Source: Halomicronema hongdechloris C2206 (GTDB lineage: Bacteria; Cyanobacteriota; Cyanobacteriia; Phormidesmidales; Phormidesmidaceae). From it: a DNA stretch of 32,000 nucleotides. The notes beneath the pieces are model-generated. The model was not told the DNA's origin. It searched no databases and saw nothing but the letters and a program-made list of their open reading frames with translations. Shown one piece after another: positions 1-8,531 of this stretch. The stretch is taken from assembly GCF_002075285.3 (NCBI RefSeq), contig NZ_CP021983.2, positions 4,020,001 through 4,052,000 of the forward strand, given 5' to 3'. Each line of letters begins with the position of its first letter. Within the stretch, counting starts at the first letter, position 1. A program made the position numbers and the translations under genes.

Positions 1-5
1 TATAG

Positions 6-950
<945 letters not shown>

Positions 951-1234
951 CCTGAACCCCATCTGTCCTGTTCTGTGATCTGAGGCTGGAGTATTCCCAG
1001 AACGCCCACTCTGCTAAGGATGTACCCGCCCAGCATCTAGGCCATTTGTATTCGCTCTGTCATAGCCGCTATGATGGGTAGCCTCCGTCACTATAGCCAT
1101 GGCCCCATTGCTTAGGGCGGTGGCGAGCCAATCAGCCTCCCTAAACTGGGCAATCGAGCGATCAGTAATGTCCTCGGCTGACTGGCCGAAGCTCCAATAT
1201 CGTCGATAGCGGCTGCCCGTCTTGCCGGGGGCCC

Positions 1235-3445
1235 ATGATGTGTATGCAGGAAGTTCTGTACTTAGAAGTTCCCACCCCCAACACCAATGCAGTCAAAGGC
1301 TGGCTGCAGGAGACATTTACTCCTGGCCACGGCCAGAAGATTGTGACTACAGACGGTATCCGCATTGAACCCGATCCATCAACCTCCTCTGTAGCGACGA
1401 CAGGGCTACCCAGAGCCTTGGCCATTGTCACCTGGTCGGCCCAGCGCACCACCTATCTGAAAGCCTTTCGGTGGCAAACTCCCCTATCTCGAGAGACGGC
1501 CTTACTGGAGCAACTGAATCGTCAGATCCGGCAGCATTTCCCCTTGACCCCGCCCCAGTTGCCTGAGATCGATCTCTCCCAACAGACCATCTTCAAGGCC
1601 TTGGCCCCTCACTACCCCAAGACGGTGGCTTACTTTCAACGCATGCCCAACGGTGAGGCTGATCTGAGCCAAGTCTATAGCCGTGAAAAGCGCTGGCGTG
1701 ACTGTGTCAGTACCCTCTCTCAGCCGGCAAAAGTTATTTTTCGCCAAGGAGATCCAGCAGCTCCATCGCGACGATTGTCCGCCAGTGACGAGGATTCCTC
1801 GCCTTCTGATGCCCCTGGACCTGATGACACAGAAGACCACTACGATCTGATTGTCATTGGCGGAGTACTGGGGGTAATTCAAGCGGCTGCTATGGCTCTT
1901 TTGGGCCACCGGGTCCTGGTCATCGAACGACACGCCTTTGGTCAACTCAATCGAGAATGGAATCTATCCCGCTCGGAAGGGCAGACCCTAATCGACTTAG
2001 GGCTATTCAGCCAAGAGGAATTAGCAGGCCTGATTCTGCAGGAATATGACGGCGGCCACATCAAGTGCTTAGATGTGAACATCCCTCCCCTGACCCGAGC
2101 TCCCGTGCTCCAAACGACTGGAGTGCTGAATGTGGCCCTCGACACCGCCGCTCTAATTCGCCAATGTGGTGCCAAACTACGGGCTGCTGGCGGCACCATC
2201 CTAGATAACACGGAGTTCCGCTGGGCCGAGATCGACGATGATCAGGCCACTGTGTATGTTCAGCCCAAGGGTAGCGAGGCTTATCAGGCCCGGCGGGGGA
2301 GGGTACTCGTAGATGCCATGGGCATCAATTCTCCTATCGCTTGGCAGTTGAATCGAGAGCGCACCGTGAATAGCGTCTGCCCCATGGTAGGGGCTCGGAT
2401 CTCGGGAGGCATTCCGGAAACGGTTTGGGATCCCCATTACAGCGATCTCATCTCTAGCCATGGGGATATTTCTCGGGGGCGTCAGCTTCTGTGGGAACTA
2501 CTGCCAGGCTCAGAGCGGGAACTGACGATCTATTTGTTCCACTACCATCCGGTTAATCCAGACAATCCTGGCTCCTTACTGGCCCTCTATGAGGATTTCT
2601 TCCATTTATTGCCTGACTACCGCCGCTGTGATCCCGATAAGCTTACCTGGCGTAAACCTACCTTTGGCTATGTTCCGGGGTACTTTAGCCAGTCTCCCAA
2701 AGAGCGGGCCATTGCCTGGGATCGCATCGTTGCCATCGGGGATACCGCTTGCCTACACTCGCCGTTGCTGTTGACGGGCTTGAGCTCCCTGGTACGCCAT
2801 CTGCCGCGTCTATCGGCCCTGCTGCACACAGCGCTTAGCCATGATCTGGTAAAAGCCCGCCACCTCAGGCAGATTCGGGCCTTCCAGAGTAATACAGCTG
2901 TTACCTGGTTGTTGGCCAAGGGGATGATGGTTCCCCCAGGGCGTCAATTACCTCCTGCCCGCGTCAACGCGGTTCTCAATGGGTTTTTCACCAGTTTGGC
3001 CCAAGAAAAACCCGAGGTGGTCGAGCGCTTCTTGCAAGATGGCTGGGGCTGGCTCGAGTTTAATCGCGTGTTGCTCAAAGCCGGCTACCAGAATCCCTCT
3101 ATGTTGAAGTGGATTTGGGGGTTAGCGAAGGCTGATCTCGGTCGCTGGGTGCTGGCCTATCTCAGCTTTACCCTCCACGCTATTGTGGGGGTACTATTCG
3201 GTTGGTTGCCCCGGTGGGTAGCTTGGAGCCGTGCCTGGTGGGAAACCCTGACCCCAAGTGGTTGGTTCTGGTTGCAAGCCCAAAGCTACAAGCTGACCTA
3301 CGGCCTGGGTAAACCGCCGCCGGTAGAGACCACCTTGCAGCTGCCGCCGCCACCCCCCTTACCCAAGAAGCAACCCCCCAAGCCAGTTCCTCGAGACAAT
3401 GCGACTGATACTGGCGCCCCCAATGGTGTGGTCCCTAAGCGCTAA
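1235..3445 (+). CDS. FAD-dependent oxidoreductase, CruA/CruP-type lycopene-cyclase-like flavoprotein (tentative)
   Basis: This is a 736-aa ORF. A ~190-aa N-terminal extension is followed by a dinucleotide-fold signature (YDLIVIGGVLGVIQAAAMALLGHRVLVIERH) and then NREWNLSR. The C-terminus has hydrophobic helices and a Pro-rich tail (PPPPPLPKKQPPKP). The architecture recalls cyanobacterial CruA/CruP, but that is from memory only. The start is ambiguous (ATGs at 1235, 1238 and 1244). Confidence 0.5.
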   Translation: MMCMQEVLYLEVPTPNTNAVKGWLQETFTPGHGQKIVTTDGIRIEPDPSTSSVATTGLPRALAIVTWSAQRTTYLKAFRWQTPLSRETALLEQLNRQIRQHFPLTPPQLPEIDLSQQTIFKALAPHYPKTVAYFQRMPNGEADLSQVYSREKRWRDCVSTLSQPAKVIFRQGDPAAPSRRLSASDEDSSPSDAPGPDDTEDHYDLIVIGGVLGVIQAAAMALLGHRVLVIERHAFGQLNREWNLSRSEGQTLIDLGLFSQEELAGLILQEYDGGHIKCLDVNIPPLTRAPVLQTTGVLNVALDTAALIRQCGAKLRAAGGTILDNTEFRWAEIDDDQATVYVQPKGSEAYQARRGRVLVDAMGINSPIAWQLNRERTVNSVCPMVGARISGGIPETVWDPHYSDLISSHGDISRGRQLLWELLPGSERELTIYLFHYHPVNPDNPGSLLALYEDFFHLLPDYRRCDPDKLTWRKPTFGYVPGYFSQSPKERAIAWDRIVAIGDTACLHSPLLLTGLSSLVRHLPRLSALLHTALSHDLVKARHLRQIRAFQSNTAVTWLLAKGMMVPPGRQLPPARVNAVLNGFFTSLAQEKPEVVERFLQDGWGWLEFNRVLLKAGYQNPSMLKWIWGLAKADLGRWVLAYLSFTLHAIVGVLFGWLPRWVAWSRAWWETLTPSGWFWLQAQSYKLTYGLGKPPPVETTLQLPPPPPLPKKQPPKPVPRDNATDTGAPNGVVPKR

Positions 3446-3472
3446 TACCAGCACTCATATACCAGCACTCAT
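3445..3472. repeat. perfect tandem duplication, 2 x 14 bp (ATACCAGCACTCAT)
   Basis: Read directly from the sequence: units at 3445-3458 and 3459-3472. The repeat begins on the last base of the TAA stop of the upstream CDS. Confidence 0.9.
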
Positions 3473-3585
3473 AGGTCAAGCTATCTCTGGTTGCCGGGGC
3501 AGAGTTTGGTGGCGTCAAGTCAGGAAATGGGTAAACGCAAGCCCCAATTGTTAGGGCGGGCATATCGGCTGCCAAGCACGTCTGG

Positions 3586-4950
3586 CTAGGATTGAGGCAA
3601 TCTTGGAAACCTAGGCAAGTCGATGGCGGCCAAATTCTTCGCTTTTTTCTTGGGACGCAGGGGATAGACGATGGGGGCTGGGGAGGTATCCGTCGCTGTG
3701 GTCAGAATGGGCAGGTCGCTAAGGGCTGGGGCTGTTCCGGTAGGGGTTGACTTGGTCTCAGGAGCAGACTGGGTAGAGGTGGAAATTGTCTCCATCGGTG
3801 CTTCCCCAGTGGGTAGGCGCTGGGAGAGTTCCTCAGCAGCCGGGACAGGTGTCTCTGCTGTCGAGGACGCTGCCGGGGACATGGGCTGGCCCCAAGGCGA
3901 TGGTTCGCTAAAGGTTGGCTCCTTAGTCGCAGAGGGGGGGGAGGGGCTGTCGATGGAGGTTTCAATCACCCGTTCGAGATCTTGCCAGAGACCGTCCTCT
4001 TGAGGACTATCGCCGCTATCGCTAGCGGTGGCGGGGGACGTGGATTGCCTATCTTGCCTATCTTGCCTATTAGGACTGGTCTGGGGCGTTTCAGTTGTCT
4101 GACGGGAGGGGGGATCTGCCCGTAATAGGCTATCGAGGGCGGGGTCTAGGGGCGGGGTCGCGGTGCCCTGGGAGGACCAGGGCTGAATTCGCTGGGATCT
4201 GGGCATGGCCAGGGGATCTGGCAACAGACCGGGAGCTGGGGCTGATGACTCGGTCCGGGCTGAGGACATGTCCAGGCATTTTTCTAGGGCGGCTTTGAAC
4301 TGCAGGGTATATCGTTGTTGCCGTTGCAGTCGGGCTTGCAAGTCGCGGGTGCTGGCATTGGCCTGTTCTAGGGCGTTGGCCTTTTCGGTGTAGTGCTGCC
4401 GCAGCAGGGTGCATTCCCGTTCTAGCTGAGCGATGCGTCCTTTCTGAGTATCAATCTCGGCCTGTTGGGTGTCGTTGCAGATCTGCTGCCGCTTTAAGGC
4501 ATCTTGGCTGCTGTCGAGCTCACTGACGAGTTGGGCAATTTGCTGGTTGTGTGCGATCGCATATTGGCGTCCCTGGGCTGCCCCCTCGTCCCGATGGGCC
4601 CGTTCCACTTCCGCTTGTAGGGCAGTCTGAGAACGCTCTAAGGCCTCTTCTAACTCGGCTACCCGGGCCAGCAAGACCTCATTGCACTGGTTTAGATCCC
4701 GAATCAACTGCAACAACTCTGCCCCTGAGCTGCCTGTTCCTGAGCTGCCTGTTCCTGAGCTATCTGTTCCTGGCTGCGGTGCGGCCTGATTAGATGCGGT
4801 CGGAGCAGGCGCGCCAGGAATATCGTCTACCTGTTTAGTGTGGGGAAAATTCACAGTTTCCCACTGGTCATCCGGGGTAGGGGGCCAAGCGGGGGAAGTT
4901 GGCTGGGACTCGGGGGAATTGGGCTCCGGGGGAAGGATAGGTTCACTCAT
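3586..4950 (-). CDS. Pro/Ser/Thr-rich protein with central coiled-coil (structural/cytoskeletal-like, function unknown)
   Basis: This is a 454-aa ATG ORF. The low-complexity P/S/T-rich ends flank a heptad-like Q/E/R/L/A-rich core (LLARVAELEEALERSQTALQAEVERA ... QLERECTLLRQHYTEKANALEQA). It contains in-frame DNA tandem repeats encoding GTGSS x3 and DRQ x3. Confidence 0.6.
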   Translation of the reverse strand: MSEPILPPEPNSPESQPTSPAWPPTPDDQWETVNFPHTKQVDDIPGAPAPTASNQAAPQPGTDSSGTGSSGTGSSGAELLQLIRDLNQCNEVLLARVAELEEALERSQTALQAEVERAHRDEGAAQGRQYAIAHNQQIAQLVSELDSSQDALKRQQICNDTQQAEIDTQKGRIAQLERECTLLRQHYTEKANALEQANASTRDLQARLQRQQRYTLQFKAALEKCLDMSSARTESSAPAPGLLPDPLAMPRSQRIQPWSSQGTATPPLDPALDSLLRADPPSRQTTETPQTSPNRQDRQDRQSTSPATASDSGDSPQEDGLWQDLERVIETSIDSPSPPSATKEPTFSEPSPWGQPMSPAASSTAETPVPAAEELSQRLPTGEAPMETISTSTQSAPETKSTPTGTAPALSDLPILTTATDTSPAPIVYPLRPKKKAKNLAAIDLPRFPRLPQS

Positions 4951-5074
4951 GGCCTATGCAAACGTTCAGACACACATCCGTGCAGGCAAATACTCAACGA
5001 CCCAGTTGCCAATGGCCGATAGTGCTTATGTGATAACACATATGCAGCAGCCTGAAGCCCTTAATTTGCCAATT

Positions 5075-6136
5075 TCAGCCCAATATCTCCTGCAGCAAGT
5101 CCTGATGTATTAGGGCCCGATCGACCCGCGACTGAATTTGATCGGCCGAGGGTGGGTCGCCATTGGCGTAGTGCTTGAGCCAAATCTGGCACATGTCGGT
5201 AGGCGTCGGGGGCCAGGGATCGCCGATGGCATTGGGGGCGTTGGGGGATAGTTGCCAGCCCGGCAGGTCTAAATCGACCATGAGCTGGCCTACTTTCGGG
5301 TCATAGTTGAGGGCGAAACAGCGGCTGCCGGCGGCGGCGGCCATGATTAACCCGTGGAGGCGCATGGCAATGGTCATCTCGACGCCTCGGAACAGGCCCT
5401 TGAGCTGGCGCGGATCCGAGAGCTGAAACAGGTGATTGGGGCCGACCAAGTGCTGCTGGATGGCTGTGGCGATGGCTAAGTCTTGGGCTGGATGGAAGGG
5501 CACCAATAAGATGCAGGTGCGGGTGGCCTGCTGAAAATCTGCCAGGGCCTTGGCAAATTGCTCTAGCCGGGCAGGGGTAAACCAACGATGCGATCGCACC
5601 GCTACAGCGACCCGCGGCGCCGGTAAATCCCAAAGCCCCTCAACCGGCTTGGATTCCAGAGCCCACACTGGATCTGGAGCCATCCAGACCGGTACCTGCC
5701 ATTGGGCTAGTTGCTGGGCCGACGCCGCATCCCGCACACTAACTCCATGGCAGTGGCGATAGCCGTAGCGGGCTAGGGCTCGGCTCCAAGGTCGGGTTAG
5801 AGGCCCTACCCCTTGAGCCCAGGCTACCGTCTTTCGGCCCAGGGTCTGGGCCAAGACCATCAGACCGCCATAATAATAGGGATTCAGCCAGCTGGTGGCA
5901 TCTTGCATGAGACTGCCGCCACCCCAGATAAAGGCATCGCCTTGGCGTAACGCCAGCAAGGTTGCCAATGCCTTGCGAGGCTTAGCCTCTACTCCATACT
6001 GGCGCTGGGTAAGCGTCGGATTCCCCGAGAGCACTACAGGCGTCACGCCCGGCGGCAACATCTGCAATAGGGAAGCTAACAGGGCCTCGTCGCCGCCATT
6101 ACCCATGCCATAGTAACCACACAGAACTGCTCGCAT
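5075..6136 (-). CDS. csaB: polysaccharide pyruvyl transferase CsaB
   Basis: The N-terminus MRAVLCGYYGMGNGGDEALLASLLQMLP matches the CsaB-type signature GYYGxGNxGDEALL. Length is ~353 aa counted from the ATG at 6136. The track ORF extends to 6181 but the extra 15 residues look non-native. Confidence 0.75.
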   Translation of the reverse strand: MRAVLCGYYGMGNGGDEALLASLLQMLPPGVTPVVLSGNPTLTQRQYGVEAKPRKALATLLALRQGDAFIWGGGSLMQDATSWLNPYYYGGLMVLAQTLGRKTVAWAQGVGPLTRPWSRALARYGYRHCHGVSVRDAASAQQLAQWQVPVWMAPDPVWALESKPVEGLWDLPAPRVAVAVRSHRWFTPARLEQFAKALADFQQATRTCILLVPFHPAQDLAIATAIQQHLVGPNHLFQLSDPRQLKGLFRGVEMTIAMRLHGLIMAAAAGSRCFALNYDPKVGQLMVDLDLPGWQLSPNAPNAIGDPWPPTPTDMCQIWLKHYANGDPPSADQIQSRVDRALIHQDLLQEILG

Positions 6137-6234
6137 GTTTTTTCGGATCCAGAGAATAGAAGCTAACGGGAAGTACCCCACCCCACCCTGTACCTTGTAC
6201 CCTATACCCTATAGCGTCTCCGTAACCGATCCTC

Positions 6235-6546
6235 ATGCACGCCTTGTCCATCCCCACCTGGATTATCCACATCACCAGCGTCATCGAGTGGATGGCCGCC
6301 ATCTGGTTTATCTGGCAGTTTGCCGACCTAACCCGCCCGGCCTGGCGCTGGCTGTCTCTGGCCATGTTGCCTGCCTTGATTAGTGCCATGTCCGCTTGCA
6401 CTTGGCACTTTTTCGACAACGCCGTAGCGCTGAACTGGCTAGTGACGCTACAGGCCGCCGCCACCCTGCTGGGCAACATTACCCTATGCCTAGCGGCTTG
6501 GTGGATCTGGCGGACGGCCCAGCCAGGCTCAGAGGAGAGTCCCTAA
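6235..6546 (+). CDS. Ycf49-like / DUF2499 small membrane protein
   Basis: This is a 103-aa ORF with three hydrophobic helices. The sequence IPTWIIHITSVIEWMAAIWFIWQF...CTWHFFDN resembles Ycf49-like proteins. It sits next to a DUF3593-like gene, as is usual in cyanobacteria. Confidence 0.65.
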   Translation: MHALSIPTWIIHITSVIEWMAAIWFIWQFADLTRPAWRWLSLAMLPALISAMSACTWHFFDNAVALNWLVTLQAAATLLGNITLCLAAWWIWRTAQPGSEESP

Positions 6547-6624
6547 GGTATTGTCAAGGGCCAGGAGAATCACCACTCACCAGCCCATTGCCTCCAAACG
6601 CTGCCATGCTGTTCTCTAGCTGCC

Positions 6625-6927
6625 ATGCTTGAAAAAAATAACCTCTTCGCCCTGTCTCTGTTTCCTTACCTCGGGTTTCTCTTCTTCATGACTCGCTCTG
6701 GCCAAACTCCCCGGTTGGCCTTGGTGGGCTTCTATGTGTTGCTGCTCTTCGTCGTCATTACCATTCCTGCCGGCATCTATGCCGAGATGGCCTACGGCAC
6801 GTCTCTCGCCAACGTGGACTGGCTGCACGGCAGCGCTGAGGCCTTTTTGACCCTATCTAATATTCTGGTGGTGCTAGGATTCCGGCAAGCTGTATTAAAG
6901 CGGCGGTCAGCCCAGAAGCATGAGTAA
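6625..6927 (+). CDS. DUF3593-like small membrane protein
   Basis: This is a 100-aa ATG ORF containing LFALSLFPYLGFLFFM...VDWLHGSAEAFLTLSNILVVLGF. It is hydrophobic and is the conserved neighbour of the DUF2499 gene. Confidence 0.6.
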   Translation: MLEKNNLFALSLFPYLGFLFFMTRSGQTPRLALVGFYVLLLFVVITIPAGIYAEMAYGTSLANVDWLHGSAEAFLTLSNILVVLGFRQAVLKRRSAQKHE

Positions 6928-7148
6928 TGCGTGGATGACTATCTTGTCGGTTAGTGATTGAGACCACGATAAGACCCCGCTTAACTTGCTTGACCAAAGA
7001 ACTCACCCGGGGGAATTTCGCTTCCCCCAGACCCCCACGACCAGGGCGAACCGCTTGTGGTGAGCGCAGTCGAACTAACGCCCTAGACCTGCGGAAGGGC
7101 CTGTTGATTAGCAGTTATCGATCGCGTCGCATCGACAAGGTAGCAATA

Positions 7149-7171
7149 AATTTTGAATTTTGAATTTTGAA
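7149..7171. repeat. tandem heptamer (AATTTTG) x3 plus a partial unit
   Basis: Read directly from the sequence: aattttg aattttg aattttg aa. Confidence 0.85.
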
Positions 7172-7285
7172 TTGAATCCTTCAGCCTTCCCTATGCCCTC
7201 CGGGCAGGCTATGCCAACGGCTTCGTTGCCCCTGCGGGGCCGCTACGCGCTTGGCGGAGCCTGACTGAAAGTCATACAGAACAAG

Positions 7286-7376
7286 CTGCCTTCTGCCTTC
7301 TGCCCTCTGCCTTCTGCCCTCTGCCTTCTGCCCTCTGCCTTCAGCCTTCAGCCTTCAGCCTTCTGCCTTCTGCCTT
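7286..7376. repeat. tandem heptamer array, 13 units (STRR-like): CTGCCTT / CTGCCCT / CAGCCTT
   Basis: Read directly from the sequence. The 13 contiguous 7-bp units run: CTGCCTT x2, then (CTGCCCT CTGCCTT) x3, then CAGCCTT x3, then CTGCCTT x2. The last base overlaps the stop codon of the minus-strand CDS 7376..7684. Confidence 0.95.
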
Positions 7377-7684
7377 TAAGCCCGCCGATCGCGCTGGATA
7401 TCGTAGATGGCCTTTTCCCAGCACCACTGCTCAGAACGCCCTGGGTTTTGCTGCCGCACGGTGGCCACTAGACGCAGAGCCACTGCCCGATTGCCATGGA
7501 CTAATCGCAGCAGTTCTCGCTGGCTGTGGCGACTGACTCGATTAGGATCTGAGTGTCCTCCTCGACTAACCCCAGAGCGGCGGGAGGACGGTCTCATGCG
7601 ATGGGAAGCACCTGAGCGTCGCCGCCAGAGAGCATAGAGGCCAACCAGAATAAGAATGGCCAGTAGTAGGGACAACAGAGACAT
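7376..7684 (-). CDS. small membrane-anchored hypothetical protein
   Basis: This is a 102-aa ORF from the ATG at 7684; the track ORF starts at an upstream TTG at 7705. It has an N-terminal TM helix ([20 protein letters not shown]), a basic linker, and a C-terminal motif [15 protein letters not shown] that I recall from small cyanobacterial proteins. Confidence 0.5.
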   Translation of the reverse strand: MSLLSLLLAILILVGLYALWRRRSGASHRMRPSSRRSGVSRGGHSDPNRVSRHSQRELLRLVHGNRAVALRLVATVRQQNPGRSEQWCWEKAIYDIQRDRRA

Positions 7685-7807
7685 GGAGGTTGTGAAACAC
7701 ACCAAATGTTCCCATCTTGCCCTAATTTTGCCTGGACTGTCCTGCCAGGGCCCATCACCCAGGCCGTAGCAGCCTAAGATGAGGATGTTTGGCTGAGACC
7801 TAGGGCA

Positions 7808-8395
7808 ATGGGAGACCGAGTAGAGGCGATTTTAAGAGTCTGGTTTGGCGATCCAACTGATCCTGGCAGTGACTATGGTCAGCAGCGGTCGATCTGGTTT
7901 AAGAAGAATCCTGAGTTTGATCAGACTGTCCGGGAGCGGTTTTGGGATGATTATCAGCAGGCGGCGGCAGGGCAGCTCCAGCCTTGGCGTCAACAGCCGC
8001 GCTCTTGTTTGGCATTGATCCTGTTGCTCGATCAACTGCCGCGCAACATGTTTCGAGGACACCCCCAGAGTTTTGCTACCGATGACCAGGCCCGTGAAGC
8101 GGCGGAGTATGCTCTAGATCAGGGCTTTGACCAGCAATTGCTACCGGTGGAACGGCTATTTGTCTATGTACCCTTCGAGCACAGTGAAAACCTGGCCCAT
8201 CAGCAGCGGGCAGTGGCCTTGTTTGCGGCCCTCTCTGAGGCTGAGCCTGAATTGTCATCAACCCTGGACTATGCCATTCGCCATCGGGATATCATCCAGC
8301 GGTTTGGTCGCTTTCCTCACCGCAATGGCATTTTGAATCGCGCCACTACGACTGAGGAAGCCGCGTTTCTGCAGCAGCCGGGATCCGGTTTTTAG
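7808..8395 (+). CDS. DUF924 family protein
   Basis: This is a 195-aa ORF. It carries WFKKNPEFDQTVRERF, LLLDQLPRNMFRG, YVPFEHSE and IIQRFGRFPHRNGILNR, which are characteristic of DUF924 (YbaA-like) proteins. Confidence 0.75.
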   Translation: MGDRVEAILRVWFGDPTDPGSDYGQQRSIWFKKNPEFDQTVRERFWDDYQQAAAGQLQPWRQQPRSCLALILLLDQLPRNMFRGHPQSFATDDQAREAAEYALDQGFDQQLLPVERLFVYVPFEHSENLAHQQRAVALFAALSEAEPELSSTLDYAIRHRDIIQRFGRFPHRNGILNRATTTEEAAFLQQPGSGF

Positions 8396-8531
8396 CGTCA
8401 GAGGCTTGTATCGCTGGCCTGAGAGGGATGGGGCTCTAGGTAATGGATCGGTTAGGGTGGGGAAAGCTCTAGCTCCTGAGCTGAACTTGGTATAACTTCG
8501 TTAACATCTAGCAGAAGCACTCTAAAGCACC

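Noticed and set aside
1014-1290. A minus-strand open frame (…APGKTGSRYRRYWSFGQSAEDITDRSIAQFREADWLATALSNGAMAIVTEATHHSGYDRANTNGLDAGRVHP*) in the spacer before the CruA-like gene, with a GKT that looked Walker-A-like.
   Set aside because: It has no start codon before an internal ATG that would give only 28 aa. The sequence around GKT does not fit GxxxxGK[ST]. Its upstream end is antisense to the CruA-like start. It is possibly an old gene relic, but that is unsupported.
6210-6219. The 10-mer TATAGCGTCT shared between positions 1-10 and 6210-6219, in both cases just upstream of a start codon.
   Set aside because: A single 10-mer match between two sites is expected many times by chance in 32 kb of sequence. 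There is no further similarity around it.
6954-7163. A 69-aa plus-strand ORF in the spacer after the DUF3593 gene.
   Set aside because: It runs through hairpins and the AATTTTG repeats and has junk-like sequence (…GERSRTNALDLRKG…). It has no ribosome-binding context. I treat it as non-coding repeat DNA.
7286-7376. Whether the tandem array could be a CRISPR array.
   Set aside because: The unit is only 7 bp with no spacers, and there are no cas genes. It is a microsatellite/STRR-type repeat, not a CRISPR array.
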